IMG/VR virus record: IMGVR_UViG_3300049929_000026 | Span: 32,001-96,000 of that record | Source of the DNA: a virus | Direction: 5' to 3' (one strand) | Length of the DNA stretch: 64,000 bases | Shown: in pieces, positions 48,816 through 56,002 of the stretch | Position numbering within the stretch: position 1 is the stretch's first letter | How the letters are laid out: each line of letters opens with the position of its first letter | The notes under the pieces: generated by a model | What the model was told of the DNA's origin: nothing | The model's input: the letters and a program-made list of their open reading frames with translations, nothing else | The model's database searches: none | Position numbers and translations under genes: made by a program

Positions 48816-49168
48816 CCTGGCCAGCTCGGTAGCAACGAGTCGACGCCATCGGGGCATTTGCATCTTCCCGGACGCTTATGGCACTCGGCGCAGAGATCTA
48901 ACTCCGCATGCTCGGCGAAAGCCTCGTCCCCCACCGCCATCCGTATCTGTTGCTCTATCAGAGCTCGACCGCGAGCCTTCACATCGATCGCGTCACGGAG
49001 CCTCTCGTTGATTACGGCTCGATTGGATTTCTGGCGTTTGGTCGGTTGAGTACTCGGGGCATCGGATGCAGCGAGTACTCGTTCGGCGGCGGCTGGGGTG
49101 AGCCACCGCCTTATTTGACCTCGTTCGGCGTCACTTAGGCGCGCCTTCCCGGTCTCCCCCCCCCTCAC
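48812..49168 (-). CDS. Hypothetical protein with Cys cluster
   Basis: CAECH....CKC; coupled overlaps. Confidence 0.6.
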   Translation of the reverse strand: MRGGETGKARLSDAERGQIRRWLTPAAAERVLAASDAPSTQPTKRQKSNRAVINERLRDAIDVKARGRALIEQQIRMAVGDEAFAEHAELDLCAECHKRPGRCKCPDGVDSLLPSWPG

Positions 49169-49623
49169 GACTCACTCACCGGAAAACAGATGTCGCGCTT
49201 CCAGAGCTCGAAAGCGTACAAGGCGTCCGACTTCTGCAGCCGCCCGGCCGAAGTCGCCTGCCAGTTCTGCCCGTCGTCGATCACGCAGGTCAGGCACAAG
49301 AGCTCGCCGCGCTTGGCCCGCTCGAGCAGGACTTCGAGGTGCTGGATGATGACCGCCGAGTACTCTGACCGGCTGGTGTCGATGGCGCGGAGGTTTGTGG
49401 GCGCTCGGCCGGACTCTCTGACCTCGACCGGCTGTCCCAGGACGTCCGTGGCGGCTAGGTCCGGCGGCTCGGTCTCGCGCGCTACCAGCTCGGTCGGCGT
49501 CTCACCGCAGATCACGCACGGAAACTCGAATCCCGGCACCTGCCCGATGCTTTTCTCCTCGCAGCCCGGCTTCCGGTGCTTCTCGCAGCGCCAGTTCCGG
49601 CGGACGAGCTTGATCTCGGTCAT
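49165..49623 (-). CDS. Hypothetical protein, possible Zn ribbon
   Basis: CEKH..C..CVICG; coupled overlaps. Confidence 0.6.
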   Translation of the reverse strand: MTEIKLVRRNWRCEKHRKPGCEEKSIGQVPGFEFPCVICGETPTELVARETEPPDLAATDVLGQPVEVRESGRAPTNLRAIDTSRSEYSAVIIQHLEVLLERAKRGELLCLTCVIDDGQNWQATSAGRLQKSDALYAFELWKRDICFPVSES

Positions 49624-50555
49624 TCCGCCGCCTGGGCCGCCGCCAGACCGCGTTCCATCGCCTCAGCGAAGGCAGCCTCGCTCATCCGCATCAGCACCCC
49701 GCCACGCCGCCCCTGGCCGCCCTGGCGCGGCTCAGTGGTCAACTGACAACGTGCGCGTCCGGTGCGGTCCTGAAAGCTCCTGAGGCCCGGCACGGCGCGC
49801 TTGGTCGCGAACCAGATGTCGTGCGCCTCGGCGTCCGCGGCGTGCGCTCGGTTCAGCGCCTCCCGAACTAGCTTCGCCCGGCGCGCCTGCTCGGACCGGT
49901 TGATCTTCCCCTTCCGGACTGGGGCGGGCTCGACGCAGGCGACGAACAGCTGGGCCGCGTCGTCGCAGAGTTCAAAGGCCAGCGCCGCGTAAACTCCGAG
50001 CCCCTCGTTGGTGTTCGTATTGCTACCCGTCCGAGTTGGGTCGTGTTGGCCCACGCGGCCGTCTGAGCCCTCAACATACCGATCCTTGGCTCCGAAGCCT
50101 TGGTCAGCCCGATACTGTGCTCTAGGGGCGCTGTAGCGCTTGCAGAGGGTGTTCTGGGTGGCGGCCGGCACAAGTCGCCAGGCTGCCATCAGGTGCCGAT
50201 GCAGCTCGATCTCGCCGATTCCGAGTACGCCTACGCCTAGCTGCATATCGGTAAAATGGTGCTTGTAGCTCCCTGCGCCGTCGAGATTGCCGGTCCCCCC
50301 AACCGAGCCGCGCTCAATTTGAGAGACCACGCCGGCCAGGGTGCCGCTTGCGCCCATCGCGGCGTCACCGCAAAGCAGAAACCACGCGAGTTGGTCGTCG
50401 TAAGACCCGTCTCGGGCTGGCCGAGGTCGGCGGTCTTTTGGAAGCTCGCGCGGCGACTCGACGGCCACGCGCGGCACGAGGGTCAATGTAGGCGCTAGGA
50501 CAACCGACTCACTGGTTACCGGGATCAACTCGGTAACCGCTTGCAATTCGGACAT
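49620..50555 (-). CDS. Hypothetical protein
   Basis: 311 aa; AAGGAG RBS lies inside a hairpin. Confidence 0.7.
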   Translation of the reverse strand: MSELQAVTELIPVTSESVVLAPTLTLVPRVAVESPRELPKDRRPRPARDGSYDDQLAWFLLCGDAAMGASGTLAGVVSQIERGSVGGTGNLDGAGSYKHHFTDMQLGVGVLGIGEIELHRHLMAAWRLVPAATQNTLCKRYSAPRAQYRADQGFGAKDRYVEGSDGRVGQHDPTRTGSNTNTNEGLGVYAALAFELCDDAAQLFVACVEPAPVRKGKINRSEQARRAKLVREALNRAHAADAEAHDIWFATKRAVPGLRSFQDRTGRARCQLTTEPRQGGQGRRGGVLMRMSEAAFAEAMERGLAAAQAAE

Positions 50556-50563
50556 ATTTGAGA

Positions 50564-50640
50564 CACTCCTTGGGGGGTCAGGGCGGTTCCAGGAGTGCTG
50601 AGACCCCGAGGCGAGCTGTGGCGGCTGGCTTCGGGGTTTT
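50564..50640. promoter_or_regulatory. Two hairpins: RBS-covering stem and terminator-like stem
   Basis: CACTCCT..AGGAGTG; ACCCCGAG..TTCGGGGT followed by TTTGTT. Confidence 0.45.
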
Positions 50641-50646
50641 GTTCGT

Positions 50647-50919
50647 TCAACTGCTAAGCAAACTCTCCTGCTCAGCGGCCCGCAGTTGTCTGAGCTGCGC
50701 TTCGATCCGCTGAGAATCCACGGTTGGGACGCCGTCGCGCGCCCAAATGCTCCAGATCCTCTCTGCTTGGCAGAGGCTCTCGCTGTCGCCGGTCGCAGCC
50801 ATTACGCAGCACCTATCGATGACCCAGAGCACGTCGTTCGGCTCTAACCCGCCTATGTCAGAATCAGTGCCAGCTTGCGACATTGTCTTCAGAAACATCC
50901 CGCGGATCCTTTCCGTCAT
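50647..50919 (-). CDS. Hypothetical protein
   Basis: 90 aa; starts 31 nt after the degenerate repeat. Confidence 0.45.
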   Translation of the reverse strand: MTERIRGMFLKTMSQAGTDSDIGGLEPNDVLWVIDRCCVMAATGDSESLCQAERIWSIWARDGVPTVDSQRIEAQLRQLRAAEQESLLSS

Positions 50920-50950
50920 CAGTACAGCGCCTAGTACAACGCCTTCCCGA

Positions 50951-50986
50951 CTCTCAACACCTGACTCTTTTTCTCTTCGTCAGCGG
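50951..50986 (-). CRISPR. Isolated degenerate CRISPR repeat
   Basis: 50951-50966 is identical to the last 16 nt of the repeat (AGTCAGGTGTTGAGAG); upstream AGAGAAAA partly conserved. Confidence 0.65.
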
Positions 50987-51057
50987 TGGTCACGTGACAA
51001 CACGTTACACTGCCTTGCGGCGGTTTGCCACTGTGAGGCGCTGGCGAGCGCCACAAA

Positions 51058-51633
51058 TCAAGCGGCTTTTGCTTTTCCAACCTGCTTCTGCAGCCGGGCG
51101 TTCTCCCGCTTCAGCGCCGTCACCTCCTTCGTGAGCGCCGCCACCTCGGTCTTTAGCCGGGCATTTTCCAGCTCTAAGCTGCCCTGCCGCTGGACGGCCC
51201 GGGTTGACGGAGCCAATGGGGCTTTCTTCTCGATCACGCCGTTGACGATACGTCGCACCTCCTTGGGGCTCGGCGCGCAGTGGTTTGCGTTGATGAACTG
51301 ATCGAGCGACGCCTCGACGAGCTGAACATTCGCCGTGTCAGCGGTGGCGCCTGGCGCCAGAAGGGCATGGCAAGACTCCACTCCAAGCGCCCGCACGCGA
51401 TCCACGCCGTAGATCTCGATCGCCTGGATCACGTTCCCATAACGGTTGAGCCCCATCGCGTTTGGGAACTCCCGCTGCAGGAAGTCACTGAACATCGGCG
51501 TCTCTGGCGTCTTCCAGATGCCCTGCGTCTCTACTGCTCGAAGCTCGAGGAAGAGATCAACTCCGCTCTCCAGCCAGTTAGCTAGGAGCGTACGGATTTT
51601 GGATACGGCTTGTTCATATGCTTGATTGCTCAT
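51058..51633 (-). CDS. Putative DNA-binding protein with C-terminal coiled coil, located between CRISPR repeats
   Basis: LELRAVETQGIWK....FSDFLQREF resembles DUF3102/partition-type helical domains; zipper LELENARLKTEVAALTKEVTALKRENARL; GGAG RBS. Confidence 0.7.
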   Translation of the reverse strand: MSNQAYEQAVSKIRTLLANWLESGVDLFLELRAVETQGIWKTPETPMFSDFLQREFPNAMGLNRYGNVIQAIEIYGVDRVRALGVESCHALLAPGATADTANVQLVEASLDQFINANHCAPSPKEVRRIVNGVIEKKAPLAPSTRAVQRQGSLELENARLKTEVAALTKEVTALKRENARLQKQVGKAKAA

Positions 51634-51643
51634 TTTAACTCCA

Positions 51644-51750
51644 CTCTCAACACCTGACTTTTCTCTGATCCGTTCCGAGAGCTGGATTCGCACAGCTGAG
51701 GACGGGTGCCCAACCTCTCAACACCTGACTTCTCTCTGATCCGTTCCGAG
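51644..51750 (-). CRISPR. Minimal CRISPR array: two 36-nt repeats, one 35-nt spacer
   Basis: CTCGGAACGGATCAGAGARAAGTCAGGTGTTGAGAG at 51715-51750 and 51644-51679 (1 mismatch); spacer GTTGGGCACCCGTCCTCAGCTGTGCGAATCCAGCT; 54 nt after the cas stop. Confidence 0.85.
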
Positions 51751-51804
51751 CGGTCATCAAGACCGCCAGCAAATTCGCGCTCTTGCCGTCCGCTTTGCGA
51801 GCGG

Positions 51805-53430
51805 TCACTCCGCGGCCCCTGCTTCTGGGGCCAGAGAATCCGAACCGCTCGCAGTCTTGACGCCCTTCTTCCCGAGTCCGCGCTTCTTCGCGCCGGCCTC
51901 CTGCATCTTCGCTAGCGCGTGTTTCTTGCCCACATCGAGTAGATGATTCGCGCATGCGATACCATCCACCGATGCCTTCAATTGGCATTGCTCGCAACGA
52001 AACCAGGCCGGCACTCGCACAACCCGTTTCCAGACCTCGCCGTCGATGCGTTTGAACTCAACGACGTTGTCGCGGTGCTCAACGTTCGCTTCCGATGTGT
52101 GCGAGCAAGCCGGACATCGCTGCGAGACGAAGCGCGCGTTCTTGTAGTGCGTCCGGATCCCCACCTTGGTGAGCGCCCGATCGATCGTCTGCTGGCTTTC
52201 GTAGTAAGGCCACTGATGGATCAGTCGCTTCAGCTCGCTGTGGGCCTGTCCCTCGGTCTGCTTCTCGAAGTTCTCCCGGATCCCGGTCATGTTCTCCATA
52301 AACACGTCGCTAACTCCATGAAGCGTGCACCAGCGAGCGAAGTCCGCCGCGCGCTGCCGGATCCGGTCCTTGACTCGCCGCGCTTCTCGATCGCCGATGG
52401 CAGTCAGCGGGAGTTCGCGACGCTTCACGCCGCGTCCGCGGGACCCGCTGCCATGGGCACGCATTCCCTTTGCGATGCGGCGTCTCTGCGCGGCATATTG
52501 CTCACGCATCGCGATGATGTCAGTCCCCGGATCTTCCCACGTTGTGCCGTCCTCGGACATCGCCAGCATGAACACGTTGATCCCGAAGTTGCAGGCTACC
52601 GCATTGCCTGCCTTGTAGCCTTCGGCTCGGTGCTGAGACCACGAGATGAGCGCGAACCATTTACGCTTTCGCTCGTCGAACTTGATCCCGACCTTTCCAA
52701 GCTTGATCGACGCCTTCTCTTCGAGTTCGAACAGAGCTCGGTCCCTAGCCGCGCGCGCTGCCTTCATTACCTTGTCAGTGGCGTCTTTCGGGAGCGGTTT
52801 CTTGGCGGATCGCTCGAGCTCCACCACGCCTGCTCGGTTGCCCGCTCCACCCACCAGTTGCCTCCAAAGAACCACGGCGTTGCCGCCGCAAGGTGCAACA
52901 ACGAGAGACGTTGCACCTTTGCCGGTGCCAAAGAAAGGGAAGGTGAGCCGGGCATCGTCAGGTGTCCCTGAGACTTCGCAGTTGCGTCCCTCCGAGAAGA
53001 AGGACTTGCCGGACCCTTCGAACGTCGGCACGCCCGCGCGACCAGCCAGCAGATCCTTGAGATGCTGCCCAGCGAAGCGCGAAAGTATGTGGTCCGAGGT
53101 TTCGCTACACAGAACGTCCCCGGGCGGGACGTGAGCCGCTGCGTAGTCTTTGCCTGACTTCTTCAGCATGTACGCGCATCGTCGCTCCATGCCGCGAGCC
53201 CAATGGAATCGCAGCCGCTTACGGACATCGTTCTGCCAGGTCGTGCTTGGTTTCTGCTTCTCCGATATCGCCTCGAGTTGGGAAATGGCGCCAGGGTATA
53301 CGTCACGTAGCGAGAGATTCAGCGCCATCGGCAGTGTCTCGCGAAGGGCTCGCATTCGCGCTCCGAGTTCGCTCCAGCTACCATTTGCTGGCTTGACGAT
53401 CTCAACCTTGAGCGTCCCTGCCAGCTTCAT
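51805..53430 (-). CDS. cas12f: Cas12f1/TnpB-like RNA-guided protein, RuvC-I Asp replaced by Asn
   Basis: ACNFG (N281), GSGSRGRGVKRRELPL, FMENMTGIR (E379), QWPYYESQQTI, SQRCPAC..FRCEQC, VDGIACAN (D489); GGAGG RBS. Confidence 0.85.
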   Translation of the reverse strand: MKLAGTLKVEIVKPANGSWSELGARMRALRETLPMALNLSLRDVYPGAISQLEAISEKQKPSTTWQNDVRKRLRFHWARGMERRCAYMLKKSGKDYAAAHVPPGDVLCSETSDHILSRFAGQHLKDLLAGRAGVPTFEGSGKSFFSEGRNCEVSGTPDDARLTFPFFGTGKGATSLVVAPCGGNAVVLWRQLVGGAGNRAGVVELERSAKKPLPKDATDKVMKAARAARDRALFELEEKASIKLGKVGIKFDERKRKWFALISWSQHRAEGYKAGNAVACNFGINVFMLAMSEDGTTWEDPGTDIIAMREQYAAQRRRIAKGMRAHGSGSRGRGVKRRELPLTAIGDREARRVKDRIRQRAADFARWCTLHGVSDVFMENMTGIRENFEKQTEGQAHSELKRLIHQWPYYESQQTIDRALTKVGIRTHYKNARFVSQRCPACSHTSEANVEHRDNVVEFKRIDGEVWKRVVRVPAWFRCEQCQLKASVDGIACANHLLDVGKKHALAKMQEAGAKKRGLGKKGVKTASGSDSLAPEAGAAE

Positions 53431-53443
53431 TGAAAATCCTCCA

Positions 53444-53595
53444 AGTGATTCAAGGCAACCATCGACCGGCTAGTCAGGTGTTGACCATGCGACAAGCGCG
53501 TGGTCCTGCGGCCGAAGCCACTCAGCGAGTACGAAGACTCGCTATCTCGACGGTAGATCGCCGGTATTACCGGTCGTTGGCTGCCTTCAATCACT
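53444..53595 (-). ncRNA. Putative tracrRNA
   Basis: 13-nt anti-repeat TCAACACCTGACT (53472-53484); 26-bp closing stem 53444-53469/53570-53595 with a G-U pair on the minus strand; internal hairpin AGCGAGT..ACTCGCT. Confidence 0.75.
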
Positions 53596-53934
53596 GTTCC
53601 AAAATAGAACCGACTCATGTAGACCTGCTCCTGTCCGTTTACGCGGACCATGCCCGCGGTCGTGTGATAGCGACGCGCGGGCAACTTCAATCGCACCCCC
53701 CGGGCTGGCTGTCAAGTGACCACCAAAGCCCGGCGCCTCTCGTTCCTGCTTGTCGCTACTGACGTGATTCCAGTGATTACGCGTCTTTGCGGCGTCCCGG
53801 TCGCTCTCCGGGCGCCCCGGAGTTGCCTGGGCGCAATGTTCGCTTTAGCCTAAACAACAGGTCCAAGCACGTCGGCGCAAGCCGAAGGACGCCTCCGCCA
53901 CGGGGTAACGCTGCCTAGCCCGGTAGGGCACGCA

Positions 53935-54513
53935 ATGTTCAACTTAGACAAATTCGCCAATGCGGTGCTGCTCGTGTTGAACGAGAGTCCGTCGCCGCCT
54001 GGGTTGACGGTGCTTCTGAAGGTGCTGTTTCGGTCGGACTTCGCACACTATCAGGAGCATTTGCGTTCGATCACCGGAGTGGAGTACGTGGCACTCGAGC
54101 GCGGACCTGTTCCCCACGACTACCGCTCGCTTCTTCAGAAGCTAGCAAGCCGGGGCGACGTTGTGGCCGAACGTGTCGACGTTGCCTCGGGCTACAAGCC
54201 CATGGAGTGCTACCGCGCGCTCCGCCGTCCGGATCTCGCGGCCTTCGATCCGAGCGAACTTGCGGTGCTACGCGCGGTCATTGCGGCGGACGCGGGCAAA
54301 ACGGGAAAGCAGCTGAGCGACGAGACACATGCCGAACTCCCTTGGCGGGCTGTCTGGCGCGACGGGGAAGGCGAATCCGCCCAGATCCCCTATGCCCTCT
54401 CTCGCTGGGAAGAGAACCGTTGCAATGCGGCGGACCTCACTCAAGCCGCAAACGAGCTGCAGCGAACCGATGTGCAGGCGGTGATTGCGCAACTTGTTCG
54501 ACCAACTGGCTAG
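53935..54513 (+). CDS. Panacea-domain (DUF4065/SocA-like) antitoxin
   Basis: LLKVLFRSDFAHY......ITG.EY.AL.RGPVP, LSDETH...PW and IPY motifs. Confidence 0.85.
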   Translation: MFNLDKFANAVLLVLNESPSPPGLTVLLKVLFRSDFAHYQEHLRSITGVEYVALERGPVPHDYRSLLQKLASRGDVVAERVDVASGYKPMECYRALRRPDLAAFDPSELAVLRAVIAADAGKTGKQLSDETHAELPWRAVWRDGEGESAQIPYALSRWEENRCNAADLTQAANELQRTDVQAVIAQLVRPTG

Positions 54514-54590
54514 CCAGCAGCCGTGCCGAGACACATGCCACTGGTGCGGCGCTCCGTGCCGTTCGAATCGGATGTTGCCGCGCTGCGAAT

Positions 54591-54884
54591 GCGATATGCG
54601 GCGACCCGGCGATTGCCGAGGCGCACCTGCCGCTGATTCACTTGGTGTTCTCGAATTTCAAGGCGTGGCTGCAAGGGACTCACCATTCTGTTTCTCCGAA
54701 GCATTTGCAGGCCTATGCCAACGAATACGTGTTCCGGTTCAATCGGCGGTTCTACCCGCTCAACGGGTTCCGATCGCTGTTGGGGCTCGGCGCGCTGCGC
54801 GAGGCGCCGACGTACGATGAGCTGTACTCGGATGCGTGCGTACATCCCGTCGCAGTTGGTCCGTGGGAGCTAACCGGATGAGCA
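54591..54884 (+). mobile_element. IS1595-family transposase 3' remnant
   Basis: LPLIHLVFSNFKAWLQGTHHSVSPKHLQAYANEYVFRFNRR..PTYDELY; no N-terminus; ends with IR-like AGCTAACCGGATGAGC. Confidence 0.85.
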
Positions 54885-55004
54885 TGGAAATAACATCGGT
54901 CTGCGGCTTGCCGTTGTCACCGGCAGAGTCAGCGCGGACTTCGAGCTCCACGGGGAGCAGCATGAGACGCTACAGGATACGCTGCCGAGAAAAGTGAGAA
55001 GGAA

Positions 55005-55238
55005 ATGCTAGCTTCAGGATTCCTATTAATCGTGTTCGGATTCTTCTGCCTGATCTTCATGACGATCGAAAAGGTCGGCAGGAACGCTAGACGTCGCCTG
55101 ATGCTTGCCGAGCACGAGCGGCGGAAGGCAATGCTCTATCTGGAACATGGCCGACAAGTCCGTGCCTTGTACGAGAGCCACCGAAAGCGCGCGCCGGAAA
55201 AGTTCCACGCTCCGCCATATGACGTGGAAGAATCATGA
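55005..55238 (+). CDS. Small membrane-anchored hypothetical protein
   Basis: N-terminal TM; AGAAGGA RBS. Confidence 0.5.
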   Translation: MLASGFLLIVFGFFCLIFMTIEKVGRNARRRLMLAEHERRKAMLYLEHGRQVRALYESHRKRAPEKFHAPPYDVEES

Positions 55239-55394
55239 GCCGCGCGCGACGTCAGCAGAAGCGCCGTGCCCGCGCTTGGCAGCTCGAGGTGAGGGACACC
55301 GTGTACGGGTGGCGCGCCGCGTGGTTGATGGGTGATCGAGAGCGCTTCAAGGTGCATTGCTACTCGCGGGTTGAAAGGCGGTTCGATCGAGTGG

Positions 55395-55964
55395 TCACGT
55401 GACCACCTTGATCCCGTTCGTCGCCGCTTGCGATCTGTCTATCGGCAGCCGCCCATGGCACGAGTTTTCTCCGGGCCTTGGGAAGTTCAACGCCGCAAAC
55501 TCGCCGAAATACTCGCGAGCCGCCGCGTCGTATGCCCGGGCAGCGTCCTCCTCATCCGTGAAGTACCCAAGGTGTTTTGGGACGTGTGTTTTCTGGTAGT
55601 ACTGGCCGCCAGAGATCATGGCTCGCCATTTCTTGCCGCGCTTGTACCAAGCAACACCTTTGAATCTAGACGTGCCAGTTGTACGAGCGCGCATATTGAA
55701 GTGATTTTTGGCAGTCGTCGTCGCTCGCAGATTTGTGCGGCGATTATTCAGCCCATCGCCGTCTCGGTGATCTACCTCCTCTGCGTCGGACAGGATCACT
55801 CGATGCATTAGCAACAGCTTCTGTTCACCGTTTTCGCAATGAAGCCTGCGGGCGTACCAAGTGTTCCGATGCTGCCAAGCGTGCCAAGTCTTTCCCGCAA
55901 AGAGGTGCGCGTCAGCCTCGTCTACGATCGCCTTCATTCCGTTGCTAAGAATGATCTCCGTCAT
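55395..55964 (-). CDS. HNH endonuclease with AP2 domain
   Basis: VDHRDGDGLNNRRTNLR; SRFKGV..HLGYFTDEEDAARAYD. Confidence 0.92.
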   Translation of the reverse strand: MTEIILSNGMKAIVDEADAHLFAGKTWHAWQHRNTWYARRLHCENGEQKLLLMHRVILSDAEEVDHRDGDGLNNRRTNLRATTTAKNHFNMRARTTGTSRFKGVAWYKRGKKWRAMISGGQYYQKTHVPKHLGYFTDEEDAARAYDAAAREYFGEFAALNFPRPGENSCHGRLPIDRSQAATNGIKVVT

Positions 55965-55973
55965 GAATTGTTA

Positions 55974-56002
55974 GTATACGACAGCGGTGGTCAACTGACC
56001 AC
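55974..56002 (-). promoter_or_regulatory. Promoter overlapping a palindrome copy
   Basis: TGGTCA-N17-TATACT about 10 nt before the HNH ATG. Confidence 0.5.

Noticed and set aside
51634-51693. N-terminal extension of the 211-aa ORF
   Set aside because: It runs through a CRISPR repeat; ATG 51633 has a good RBS
51805-53430. IS200/IS605 or IS607 TnpB transposon
   Set aside because: No TnpA in the window; repeat-spacer-repeat plus a separate anti-repeat fits a CRISPR-type locus better
53427-53762. ORFs 53427-53696 (-) and 53430-53762 (+)
   Set aside because: No recognisable motifs; the region is better explained as structured RNA and promoter
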